Notes under the pieces: generated by a model
Database searches by the model: none
What the model was told of the DNA's origin: nothing
The model's input: only the letters and a program-made list of their open reading frames with translations
Translations under genes and position numbers: made by a program
NCBI GenBank assembly: GCA_038087875.1
Contig: CM075988.1
Span: forward strand, 9,364,001 to 9,428,000
DNA: 64,000 nt
Source of the DNA: Malacoraja senta
Taxonomy: Eukaryota
Reading direction: 5' to 3'
Part shown: positions 41,912 through 54,635 of the stretch, in pieces
Numbering within the stretch: the stretch's first letter is position 1
Layout of the letters: each line of letters opens with the position of its first letter

Positions 41912-42690
41912 TACAAACAAGTAAAAAGAACCAAGACACAACACAATTTACACAAACATCCATCACAGCGAATCTCCTCCTCGCTGTGATGGAAGGCAAA
42001 GTCTTATCTCTCCCCTGCACTCCCCAATCTCCTCCCGATGTCAGAGTCAGAGGCCCCGGCGGGCGATGGAAAATAAGTCCCGCGGCCATTAAAGCTGCGC
42101 CGGGCGATGCAAGGCCGCGCTTCGGGTCTTGATGTTGGAGCCCCCGGTAGCGCTAGCAGGTCCCGCGGCCATTAAAGCCGCGCCAGGCGATGTTAGACCC
42201 AGCTCCAGGTCATCTTCAACCCCGCAACTCGGGCGGGAGAAGTTGCCGTTGCGGGAGCCCCGAAAAGCGGTCTCCCACCAGGGACCCGCGAGCTCCCGAT
42301 GTTACCGTCCACCAGACCCGCGGCTGGAGCCACCGAATCTCCGGGGTCATGTCACAGCCGCGCGTCACCGCAGCTCTCCACGCTCCGAACTCGGCCAGCT
42401 CCACGATGGTGAGTAGTCCGCAGGCTCCGCGACTGGAGCCCCAGGCCGTTCCGGTTGGAGGCCGCTCCACGGTGCTAGGCCCCAACGACAACGGAGACCC
42501 GACAGAGAAAGGTCGGGTCCTCCATACAGGGAAGAGATTTTTTTAAGTTTCCCCCTCCCCCCCCCACATATACACAGTTAAAAACAATATTAAAAAAACA
42601 CAAACAACTACATTTAACTAGACAAAAATAAAAAAAAGACAGACGGACTGCAGTCGAGCCGCTGCCGTTAGGCACCGCCACTTCCGGAAT
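41912..42690 (-). mobile_element. GC-rich non-coding retroposon (unclassified family)
   Basis: Shared architecture with 53915-54635, 28528-28686 and 56458-56618: GC head, T-rich tract, G-run, hairpins. Confidence 0.6.
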
Positions 42691-42842
42691 TATCCCTAAG
42701 CAGCTCACAGATTTGAATGGTCTCGACCCGAAACGTCACCTATTCCTTCGCTCCATAGATGCTGCCTCACCCGTTGAGTTTCTCCAGCATTTTTGTCTAC
42801 CACAGATTTCATTAGATCAGAAAACCTCCCTCAAATTTAGTT

Positions 42843-43142
42843 GTTAGTCTAGTTTAGAGATGCAACGTGGAAACAGACCCTTTGGCCCACCAAGCAGTGA
42901 TCCCCGCACACTAACTCTCACTAGGGACAATATTACATTTACTGTATACCGAGCCAATTAACCGACAAATCTAAATGTCTTTGTGGGAGTAAAGTGTGTG
43001 GGAATAAACCGAAGATCTCGGAAAAAACCCACGCAGGTCATGGTAAGAATGTACAAACTCCGTAATGACAGCACCCATAGTCGGAATCAGACCCGTCTCT
43101 GGCACTATAAGGCAGTAGCTCTACCTCTGTGCCACCGTGCCA
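42843..43142 (-). mobile_element. V-SINE
   Basis: Family match on minus strand. Confidence 0.8.
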
Positions 43143-43496
43143 CACTTCTTACCTTTGTTTTGAATTTTTCTTCATTGTTTCAATTCACAAGTATTTGTCC
43201 TCTTTTCCTGTTATTTTACCTCATACTTGAGTATGGACTCACCAGTAAGCATCTGATACTTACCCTGGAAGGACAGCGTTAACTTAGTCCCTCTGTGTGG
43301 TCTTGAATCCGTCAGTTCCTGCTGCCAAACAGTGCCATATGAAGTCTTCGGTATGTATTTGTGAGGCCATTCTTCAAGACCTTCTTCTTGAGCAGGGCAG
43401 TCAATATTTATTTCACCCCATGTTTCGTGCGAACCTTGCAACAGTGGGTGCGGAAACTCTGGATTGTTCTAATACACCTGCGACTCATCATCCAAC

Positions 43497-43547
<51 letters not shown>

Positions 43548-44080
43548 CTTTATTGATCCCCACAGGGAAATTCAGATGTCACGAAGCCCCCAACCAACAA
43601 ACCCACACATTCAAAATGAACGCAGACAGAACATACATAAAATACAACGTGGACATTACCTGAGAGCAACAAATACTTAAAAAGACCAATAATTAACAAT
43701 TTAAAAAAAAAATGCAATGTAAAAAATGCAAAAAATGCAAAAACGCATCCTCCTACAGCCTATAAAAAAACGTATTATAAAATCTAATGGCTGCAGGGGT
43801 GAAGGATCTCCTGAACCGCTCCGTTCTACAGCGCAGGGAGAGGAGCCGGTTGTTGTTCCGAGTGCTCTTTTGACTCTCCAGAATTACATGGAGGAGATGC
43901 CCGGGGTTTTCCAGGATGACCTGCACCTTGCGCCTCATACGCCTCTCAAGCACATCCATCCCAGAGTCCACTCTCCCCTCCAGCACTGAGCTAGCCCGTT
44001 TTACCAGTTTGTCCAGCTTCTTGTTGTTTTTCGCACTGATGCTGTTGCCCCAGCAGACAACAGCGCAAGAAATGACATTG
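43497..44080 (-). mobile_element. Rex1/Babar LINE 3' end with (ATT)n tail
   Basis: ILENPGHLLH...LRCRTERFRRSFTPAAIRFYN; tail ggatcaataaagtattt(att)n. Confidence 0.85.
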
Positions 44081-45604
44081 CAGGCTTCTTCTTCATTGAA
44101 CAGTGACTCATCTACAGATTACAACATAAAAGAAGGTTATTCAACCTGTCAAGTCTCTGTTTGCTTCCAGCAAAGCAACAGTATTCCCCTCTCCTTTTAT
44201 CCTTGCTCCTTATTCTTTCTCAGATGCTCATCAACTTTCCTTTAATTACTTTGCTAATTAGCTCCACCAACAGATAATTTACAGTAGACAATTAAATCAC
44301 CAACATATGGTGATTACATTTAAATTTTGGGATATGCAAGGAAACCAAAAGTGTGCATCAGAAATCTACATGATCACAGGGAGAATGTGCAAATTCTAAA
44401 CAGACTGCAGCCAAGGTCAAAATCAAACCTAGGGCCCTATAGTTGTGAGGCAGTAGCACTCCACCTGATATTTTTTCCACCCAAGTTTCATACTGCTCTG
44501 TATCCTGCTTTATCATTTGACAACCTTCCTCAATATCCACATTTCTGCCAATTTTTGGGATGTCTGTAAACTCACTAATCAGACGACCGACATTTTCATC
44601 CTAATCATTACAAACACCAGAAGTCCCAGCATTGATCTTTGCAGAATTGCACTGATTATGGACCTTCAGTCAGAAAAACACACTCCACCACCACCTCTGT
44701 GTTCTATGACCAAGCCAATTTTGTATTCAACTTTATAATGCATCATGGATCCTTGTGACTTCATCTTCTGACTCAACCTAACGTGTGGGATTTGGTCAAA
44801 TACTTGTAGATGACGTCACCTCTGGAGCCTCCTGTTTCCACCCACACTCCAAAGATGTACAGGATGGTAGGTTAATCGGCTTGGTATAATTGTATATTGT
44901 CCCTTCGTGTGTAGGACTTGTGTTATTGTGTGGGGATTGCAGATAAGATGGGCCGAAGGGCCTGTTTCCGCGCTATATCTCTAAACTAAACTAAACTAAA
45001 CTAAACTAAACAAGCCATCCCTATCATGTTCAATCATCTGTGTCTCCTCAAACAATTCAATCAAATTTGAGAGACAGGATATCCATGCTGGTTATTCATA
45101 ATTAGTCTATCTTTACTCAATCCAAGTAAATCGTTTCCCTAACATATTCACCAGTAATTTCCATACCGGTGATTTAAGACTCACTGGCCTATAATTTTCT
45201 GGATCATCACTGCTGTCCTTTGTTGGAGGGAGTTTTGTATTTAACCTGTACCCTGACTCGTCCATGATACTGCTGGTGGCCTTCCCAAAGCAGAGTGAAG
45301 TGTAAGTGTAGGTAGATCAAAGAGGTACTTTCTACCTCGTCGATGACCCTCAGACTATCCTTGATCGGACTTTGCTGTCTTTACCTTGCACTAAACAGTA
45401 TTCCCTTATCATGTATAGTATCTATACACTGTAAATAGATGGATTGTAATTGTGTATTGTCGTTCTGCTGAGTGGTTAGCACGCAACAAAAGCTTTTCAC
45501 TGTACCTCGGTACACGTGGCAACAAACTAAATGGAGTCAATGGAAGGGAGGTTGGTTTGGTGCTGGTAAGATGTGACAGACCCATCCAGTCCCTGAACAT
45601 ACAT

Positions 45605-46040
45605 CATAGAAAGATAGAAACATTTAAAATTGGTGCAGGAGTAGGCCATTCGGCCCTTCGAGCCAGCACCCCCACTCTATATGATCATGGCTAATCTGCA
45701 AAATCTGTACCGCGTTCCTGCTTTTTCCCCATATCCCTTGATTCTGTTAGCCCTAAGAGCTAAATCTTACACAGTCTTGAAAACATCCTGTGAATTGGCC
45801 TCCACTGCCTTCTTTGGCAGAGAATTCCACAGATTCACAACTCTCTGGGTGAAAACGTTTTTCCTCATCTCAGTCCTAAATGGCCTACCTGTTATTCTTA
45901 AACTGTGACCCCTGGTTCTGGACTTCCACAACATGGGGACCATTTTTCCTGCATCTAGCCTGTCCAATCCCTAAAGAATTGTATATGTTTCTATAAGATA
46001 CCCTCTTATCCTTCTAAATTCCAGTGAATACAAGCCAAAC
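45605..46040 (-). mobile_element. CR1 3' end
   Basis: GLYSLEFRRIRGYLIETY...SRTRGHSLRI...FTQRVVNLWNSLP. Confidence 0.9.
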
Positions 46041-47248
46041 CGTATTAGTGGAGCACTTGGCTGTTTAACCAGCAAGGATAAACCAGTGGCGAACAAAATT
46101 CTCTTAACATGGAAATTGGAAGTGTAGTTATGTATTTGTCGACTTGTTAATTTATTTGTGACCTCTTGCAGTTGGCAACTCAAAACTTGTTTGCTCATTC
46201 AGCATCAGCAGCAGCCAAACAATTACTGCCAGGCACCAGCAAATCAAGCCTCGTTACAGAGACTGTGGCTGGCTGCAGGGGAAAGATAGATGGCAGGCGA
46301 TAACGTGGCAAAAAGTGAATTAAGTTTCCCCCTTTCAGAGACCCGTCTTGTCAGTGAACTAGAGGAGATAGAACAGAACCATCATAGATAAGTATCTAGC
46401 TGGAAGATAACCATTTGGGATTGTGTTTTGCGTGTGGCACAGTCTCTGGGTGACTCACTGCTCTGATAACGAGGAAATAAAACGTCCAGGCAGCACTGAC
46501 TACACATCAGCAGTTGATTTGTACATTGCATATCACATCCATCCTCGTCCACTTGCTGCACGCTCCGAGTGTATCTCATTTGTGCACCCTGTGTATTTAG
46601 TGATCAAAAAACACTCTGTGCAGTAAATAGCTTTGTAAATTTTACATTAACTTTGATGTCTTGTATACTTCACAATCAACCAGAAATAACACAGCTTATC
46701 TCCAAATGGAGTCCAGATCCTAATAGGATTGGGAGGAGATAGCGCCATTTATAAGCATGAAACACCGGGAACTCAGCGTCCAGATGCATGTCTTCCTCTA
46801 TTCTTTAATCTTCCTTGTATGAACGGGGAATGGAGGGCTATGAATCCAATGTAAGCAGATGAAGTTAGTTTATCTTGGCATTTATCTTGGCATTATATTC
46901 AGCACCAACATTGTGGGCCAAAGGGCCTTTTCCTGTGCTGTACTGTTCCATGTTCAATAAACAGAGTTTGTTCAATTTGTGAGGTTTCACTAATGTTTTG
47001 ACACCCCACAGACTGCATGTCTAATTTAACTAAAGGAGAATGCCATTGGCAATCAGCTCCTTTACTATAAACAAGGAACTGCAGACTCTGGTTTTCAAAA
47101 CAAACACGCAAAGTGCTGGAGTAACTCCATGGGCTAGGTGGCATCTCCGAAGAACATGGATAGGTCACATTTCAAGACCTTTCTTCTGCTCAATGTCACC
47201 TACAGTATGCATGTTCTCCAGGGATGCTGCCTGACCCGCTGAGTTACT

Positions 47249-47448
47249 NNNNNNNNNNNNNNNNNNNNNNNNNNNNNNNNNNNNNNNNNNNNNNNNNNNN
47301 NNNNNNNNNNNNNNNNNNNNNNNNNNNNNNNNNNNNNNNNNNNNNNNNNNNNNNNNNNNNNNNNNNNNNNNNNNNNNNNNNNNNNNNNNNNNNNNNNNNN
47401 NNNNNNNNNNNNNNNNNNNNNNNNNNNNNNNNNNNNNNNNNNNNNNNN
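47249..47448. other. Assembly gap (200 N)
   Basis: Run of N. Confidence 1.
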
Positions 47449-47791
47449 GATCAACTGAGCACCACAATCACCTCAGGGTTACTGAAAAATAATCTTTCAT
47501 CGACCAGAGAGCAGTGCTGAACTACTATCTACCTCTTTGATGACCCTCAGACTATCCTTGATCGGACTTTGCTGATCTTACTTGCACTAAACGTACGTTA
47601 TTTCCTTATCATGTATCTATACACATGTAAGTGGATCAATTGTATTCATGTATTGTCTTTCTGCTGACTGGTCAGCATGCAACAAAAGCTTATCCGTGTA
47701 CCTCGGTACATGTGACAATAAACTGATTCAATTACTGAGAGCCACAAGTTCTTTATAATTGAAACATTCATATGGCATCCCACCACTTCTG

Positions 47792-48095
47792 TTTTAGTTT
47801 AGAGATACAGCGCAGAATCAGGCCCTTCGGCCCACCGAGTCCGCACTGACCAGCGATCCCCTACATTAACACTATCCTACACACACTAGGGACAATTTAC
47901 ATTTATACCAAACCAATTAACCTACAAACCTGTACGTCTTTGGAGTGTGGGAGGAAACCGAAGATGTCGGTGAAAAGACATGTAGGTCAAGGGGAGAACA
48001 TATAAATTCCGTAAAGACAAGCACCCAGTCAGGATCGAACCGGGGTCCCTGGTGCTGTAAAGCAGCAACTCTACCACTGTGCCACCACGCTGCCC
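47792..48095 (-). mobile_element. V-SINE, full length
   Basis: Family match on minus strand. Confidence 0.88.
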
Positions 48096-48319
48096 CTTCA
48101 CCACCCTTCACAGCCTCCTCTGCTTGAAATGTTGAGCCAATTTATGCATCTCATGTTAGTTTCCTAATTCTTTTTGTTTGCAAAGTCTGTCCATCTGCAC
48201 CTTGCCTTAAGATCTTAATTATTATTCATTGGAATTTATAGCCTAATCTTCAATGTTAGTTCATTTGTACCGTCTACTTCCACCCACTTCATGGATCTGG
48301 GCATTTTGATTGTCCTGAT

Positions 48320-48458
48320 CTTCTTCTTCTTTCATGTGGCGTGCACAGCCTAAAGTTGTTGGACAACTTGTTCTAATTGATCTTCCATTTGTGCACGTCA
48401 AGTTGATTGCATTAGTCGATATGGGACGGACCACGTGAAGGTTGCAATCTTCCACCCC
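48320..48458 (-). mobile_element. 139-bp non-autonomous retroposon with (GAA)n tail and 11-bp TSD
   Basis: TSD ATTGTCCTGAT at 48309-48319 and 48459-48469; tail gaaagaagaagaag. Confidence 0.9.
48405..48458 (-). ncRNA. Minimal HDV/CPEB3-like self-cleaving ribozyme motif
   Basis: GGGGUGG-AA-GAUUGCA-ACC-UUCACGU-GGU-CCGUCCC-AUAUCGA-CUAA-UGCAAUC parses as P1-J1/2-P2-P3-L3-P3'-P1'-(no P4)-J4/2-P2'. Confidence 0.8.
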
Positions 48459-48481
48459 ATTGTCCTGATGAAATATTTCTA

Positions 48482-51400
48482 ATTTTACTTCAGAGTCACG
48501 TGAGTAACTACGTGAAGAAGACCCGTCAGGGCGCATGCTCGTCATTACGTCGGACGCATTGGCGCACGGACCAGCGGGAGGACAGAGCTCCTCCTGTGGT
48601 AAGTACTTTTGAAGTACTTTTAAAGTAGTTTTAAAACTCCAGCTAAGTGGGAAACTTAGCTGGAGTGAAAAGTTCCTTTGCTGTGGTGCCGTGCTCTGTG
48701 TTTTTTGTTACAGGCAGCACCATGGTGAAGACGAGCAGGGGGAGGGGAGCTGCAGGTAAAGCATAGGAGAGCCGCGGGAATGCGGTCAGTGAGCGGCTGC
48801 CTCGTACCCCTGCACAGTCGCCGACCGGGAGCGGGGCTACTTCAGACTTAGTGCTAAAAAGCACCAAAGCCAACGCCAGTCGGGCGTAAGGCACGGGGAA
48901 GTCTGGGAGGCCCTCGGATTCAACTGAGTCGGGCCACAACGAGCCTGTACGGGGCTGGAGACGTTTTTTAAACGGTTCTCCCAAATGGAGCACCTCATTC
49001 AGAGGTTGCTCCAGAAACGCCCACTCCGGGGGAGTAGTTGTGTGGGCGGTAGGCTGCAGAAAGGCCATGCCGGCAGCACCTGGTAGAGGGCTGCTTAAAG
49101 CACCCTCATGCGTGAGGTAAGTGCAGAGGGTCAGCTACGTTCTGACCCGAACTCTGACGGAGACTTGGAATTTAGTGAAGAATGGCCGTTGTCAGAGGTC
49201 CATTCTCTGGCAACACGATTCGCTGTCCCGTCAGAGTATGGAGTGCCACTGGGAGAAGAGCTGGCCTCCCTCCACAATATAGAGGCTGCTGGATAGTACC
49301 CTCATTGAAAAGGCGCTTGCAGAGGGTCAGCTCAGTTCTGACCCGACTCTGACGGAGACTTTGTTGACTAGCGAAGAACGGCCGTTGTCAGAGGTCCATT
49401 CTCTAGCAGCACAATTCGCTGTCCCGTCAGAGTATGGAGTGCCACTGGGAAAGCGAAGACGGCCGTTGTCAGAGTTCCCATCTCTGGCAGTACGATTCGC
49501 TGTCCAGTCAGAGTCTGGAATCACCATGAAACAGGAGACCGGGGTAACTGCGAGTTGCTGAAAGTGCCAGCAGTGAACCGGGTGATATGGAGCCAGATGG
49601 ACGTGGGCGTGCAGTGCCCAGGAGATGAAGCTGCAGAGAATCCTGAAATACTTGGCTCAGGAATCACAGCGTTCGTAAGAACGGTGGATGGAGGGCATGT
49701 GTCGGAGATGCAGCAAGAGGTACAAGGGTTGCTTTGTAGCACCCATTTTGAGATAAATTGTCTCAGGGAAAGTGCCATTCGGCCCACCATTAATTCCAAG
49801 ATTGCAGTATTTTTCCAGCCCAGCAACATACAGCCGGCCAACCTACTCTTCGGAGAGGACCTCGCCAAGAGTGTCAAGGATATGGATGACGAGGCAAAGA
49901 CGGTGGGCTTGATCAAGCCACCGTCAGTCGGCAAGTTTCCAAAAAAGAAAGTACCACTACAAACGAGGCTTGACCAGGAACAAGTCGGCCGGCAATGCAG
50001 ATGCGCAGGTGCATTCTGCTGCGGGAACATGGTCAAACATCGTATTTCCCGCCAGGAGCCGGGGACAACGTCATCCACCAGGCACCAAGGAGGTAGGTGG
50101 GCCTGGTTCTCAGGTGCACATATCAAATGTGACACAACATAAATCTGGGGTACATTACATCAGTTCTGGGATGAATGGAAGCAAATTACCTCAGCTCTGT
50201 TTATACAGAGTGTTATTCAAAGGTTTCGAATGGAGTTCAATCCAAATTGTGATTTGCACATTCAGCTTGTTCCTGGGAGAACTATTCAGTTTTCATTAAC
50301 AGAACAGATGGATGTTTAGACTGCGCTTGGAAGCTAAGGTGATAAAGGTGTAATTGTAAAGTTGGTTCACCAACCCCATCAATTTGTGTCTAATATTTTC
50401 CCAGGCCAAAAAAGGATGGGGGATGTAGTATAGACATTGTAAGATGGAATTGTCACTGCCAAGCAACTGGGTCAAGAGGATGCTATATGGCTACTATAGA
50501 GCTTAAAGATGCGCATTACTCAATGTCTGTTTATTTGCAGGATAAGGATTTGAAATTCACCTGGATGGACCAACTATGGCAACAAAATTGTTAAAACCTA
50601 TAATAGGCATGCTGAGAGGCCAGGGTCAGGTGCTCATGGCTTATCTCGATGATATCTTGATTACAGGGGTATCCAAGAGAACAGCTGAAGTAACCGGTGG
50701 TAGTTGTTACATCTAATTTTCAAAGATTGAGCATTATTCATCCAGTGAAATCCAAATTAACACCTGACTATTTGGGTTACAATTGATTCAATTAAGTGAC
50801 TCTGCCCAGGGTAAAAGGGTAGAGCTAATTGACAGCTGTATCAAGCTAATGGAGGCATTATGGATACATTTGGGTCACTATAATAGACCCATGCATTTAT
50901 CAGCAAAGGCTGTTTCTGATTTGCAATGGTGGCTTCACCATGTGTCCTGGAGTTATAGCAAGGTAATGCTTGACCAGCCTTCCATGATTTTGCAGATGAA
51001 TGTCAGTGCACTCGGGTGGGGTGTCATGGATATGAGTTTCAGCTGTGGAGGCAGATGGACTGAGCAAGAGTCATCGCTTCTGCAGACATGGGCAATTAAC
51101 TATTAAGAGGTTTTTATGGATAAGGCTTATTGCTCTAACAAATGTAATCTGCATGTTCAGTTTCAGATTGACAATACTACACAAGTGGCATATATATTAA
51201 TCACATCGGTGGAATCAAGTCGGTATTTTGTGACAGATTGGCTAATCAAATTTGGGCCTGGTGCATTGAAAAATATATTTCAGCTATTTATCTACCAGGT
51301 AGATTCTACATAGTAGCAGATGCCAAGTCACGAAAGTTCCATGACAACACAGATTGGATGTTGAACCAGGAGGTGTTCAATAATATAGTACTTATATATG

Positions 51401-53246
51401 AATGCCAGATATCGATTTGTTTTGCATCAAGGTTCAACCATCAGCAGCCTAAATAGGTTTCATGGGAACCAGACCAGGTGGCAGTTGCAATTGATACTTT
51501 GTCGTTACATTGGGGTGGTATGTTTTATATATTTTCCTACCATTTTGCCTAATAGGTCAGAGTCTGCAAGAAATCAAGCAGGATGCTGCTTTGGGGGTGC
51601 TTGTAATACCTAATTGGCCGAATCAAGCATGGTTCCCTTTAATGTTACAGTTAGGGATCCAACCTCTTTTTGGTGGTTCCCAAGCATAGGAACTTAATGG
51701 AGCATCCGCTAACATGGGAAAGTCATCCGTTATGTGATCGTATTGACTTGTTAATTTGCAGGTTTTAAGAAGGCCATACCTGGGGCAAGGACTGTCTGGA
51801 CGGTGGACATGCTCACTGTAGCCTGGAGAAAGAGTACTCAAAAGGGGTATATTACTTATGTAAAAAAATGGGAGCAATATTGTGTATAAAATAATATTGA
51901 CTATAGTACTGCAGGTATTGTGGATATTTTAGAATTCCTGTTGACACTCTACGATGATGAGGGGCTCAGTTATAGCACCATTAATACAGCTTTAAGTGCT
52001 TTGTCCTCGTATGGTTTTGATGGGGTCAGGAAAGATCCTATTGGGTTTCATCATATCATAGCTGGATTGATGAAAGGAATTTCAACTCTAAACCTCCTAA
52101 ACCCAGGTATATGGCGATCTGGGATGTAAGTGTGGTCCACAAGATGCTTCGACAGTAGGTTCCTGTCACGTCTCTGAATTTGCCAAACTAATCATGAAAG
52201 TGGTTATGCTCATGGCATTGGTTCAGCATAGCAAGTGCAGATTTTGCAAAAGCTTCTGCTAGACAGGATGGAAGTTGATGAAGAGAATGTTATGTTATAT
52301 ATTTGCGTCCTGCTCAAACAGAGCAGGCCAGGTGTCACAGGTTTGTTAAAATTGTGTTTTAGCATAACCTACTGATCCATGTTTATGTGTAATGGCACAT
52401 TTATTTTCATTATATTGAAGCTACAAAGTCCTTAAGATATGTGGAAACAGCATTGTTTATCAGTTACATGAAGCCACACAGGAGAATGTCAGTGCAGACT
52501 ATCTCAAGGTGGTTTAAAGCAAATGTTGATTCAGGCAGGTATTAACACTGAAGTATATATATCCTTTTCCACTAGTGCAGCAGCAATGTCGTCAGCTAGG
52601 GCGATGGATGTTCACATCGGCCATATTCTTACAGGTGCCGGGTGGTCAAATGAATTGTTTAAATTTTTTTTTACCATTGGCTGATGGCAAATCGGCGAGA
52701 GGCTGTTTGCAAATTCAGGATTAAGTCCTGTTTAGGTTCCCCTGGGATAGAGGGGTTACTGTTTGTTTTGATTATTCAAATCAATTGTTATTGCATGATA
52801 TTAAAACTTCATGTTTAATGCATTATTGATTGTTTCTCATCGAAAGTCAATCAATGCAGTGAGAAGCCGGGATTTGGATCTGCGGCATAAAATCACAGAG
52901 CTTTGAACCCTTCACGTAGTCACTCACGTGACTCCGAAGTAAAATAGTAAGATTAAACGAGAACTTACCAGTTTGAAGTTTGATCTTTATTTTATGAGGA
53001 GTTACGTTGGTGATTATGTGCCCACCACGCCCAACCCTCTCTCATAAAAATGTCATATGGTAGTTCTCATGTTGCTCATCTTATTATGTTACTTCAAATA
53101 TTGTGTTACCTGTGATTTCAAACCGCTGCTTTGAAGATTGACGCGCATGCGCCCTGACGGGTCTTCTTCACGTAATCACCAACGTAACTCCTCATAAAAT
53201 AAAGATCAAACTTCAAACTGGTAAGTTCTCGTTTAATCTTATTATT
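48482..53246 (+). mobile_element. DIRS1-like copy 4, both termini present, heavily decayed
   Basis: Left ITR 48482, ICR ~52910-53020, right end cttattatt 53246; YLDD at 50642-50653; gag, RNase H, MT-like and recombinase remnants. Confidence 0.96.
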
Positions 53247-53588
53247 ATATTCTCATGATCATATCAGTTTTCATCATTAATTACTATTCCTAATGTTCTT
53301 CTCTTTATTGACCCTGTCCTCAGAAGGGTCTCGAACCGAAACGTCACCCATTTGTTCTCTCCAGAGATGCTGCCTGTCCCGCTGAGTTACTCCAGCTTTT
53401 TGTGTCTATCTTCGGTTTAAACCAGCATCTGCAGTTCCTTCTTATACATTTAATACACATTCAAGAACGCAATACCTCCATGAACGCACATATACTACTA
53501 CATACGTGTGCTTGTGCACACACACACACTCATTAACACATACACATTAGCACTTACACATGACACATGCACATACTACACACGCACC

Positions 53589-53619
<31 letters not shown>

Positions 53620-53914
53620 CTCTAGACACACTCATACGCAATAACATTCTCATCAAAACACACAGACACACACATACATGCACACAACTCCAGACAGATA
53701 TTTGGCCACATATATTTATTCACATCCTCAAATACATACACACCTTCCCAAATACATACATTTTCATACACAAAGAGCATGGATCTATTGGGCAGAATGA
53801 TCTGTTTCTGCATTGTAAATATATGTATGGTGTTGTTTGGAGCGTGACTGTAGTCAGTTTTAAGAGGTTGGGAAGATCATGAAACTCAACATAATCTCTA
53901 ATGTTAACTGAGAA

Positions 53915-54635
53915 ACTATTTTTCTCAGTCCCTACCTGGTCGGAGATGCGTCTTTCCTCTGAGCCGCATCTTCGCCCTCACCTCGCGGTCTACCCCCTGG
54001 ACTGGAGCGGCGTTTCCTGCCGGGACCAGCCAGAATCTTCAGCTTCGGCGGAGGCGCAGCGCTGAAGCACCATCGCGGAGCGGGCGATGGCTTACCGAGG
54101 GCCGCCGTGTGGTAAGCTCTGGAGTGCTGAGACTGCCGACTCCAACATCGTGCAGCTGTGGGGTCTGCGGAGTGTCCATCCGCGGCAGTGCTGATTTTAA
54201 ACACTGCAGAGCCTGGGATCTTTCGCCGAGATCGCCAGTGTTGGAGCTCCGACCAGCGCGGCCGGTGGACTTCGGGAGCTGCGGTCTCCGGTAGGAAGCA
54301 GCCGTTCCAGACACTCCAAGCCGCTGAAGAGTGTTCTTCCGACGCCGGAGCTCCATCATCCAGTGAGAGGGCCTGAAACATCGGGCCGCCATTGCGGCGA
54401 CTGCAGAGGCCTCAAATAGGCCCCGACCACGGGTGAACACAGAGGAAGAGGACTGGACTTTGCTGCCTTCCCTCACAGTGGGAACCATTGTGGGGGGATG
54501 TTTTTATGTTTAATGTTAAATTCTTCTTTATTGTTGTGTTTTATATTTATTTGTGTGCTGCAATGGCTACTCAAATTTTACCACACCAATTGGTGTATGT
54601 GACAATAAACGTCCTTTGTCCTTTGTCCTTGTCCT
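53915..54635 (+). mobile_element. GC-rich non-coding retroposon with Rex-like tail
   Basis: CpG-rich body; ends gtgacaataaacgtcctttgtcctttgtcc. Confidence 0.6.

Noticed and set aside
46339..46391. Possible terminal exon TRLVSELEEIEQNHHR* after a good acceptor
   Set aside because: Too short, no recognised homology or linked upstream exon.
53932..54488. 149-aa ORFs in GC-rich sequence (similar ORFs at 12.6-13.1 kb and 41.8-42.7 kb)
   Set aside because: Stop-poor GC-rich repeats open in several frames with no domain motifs.
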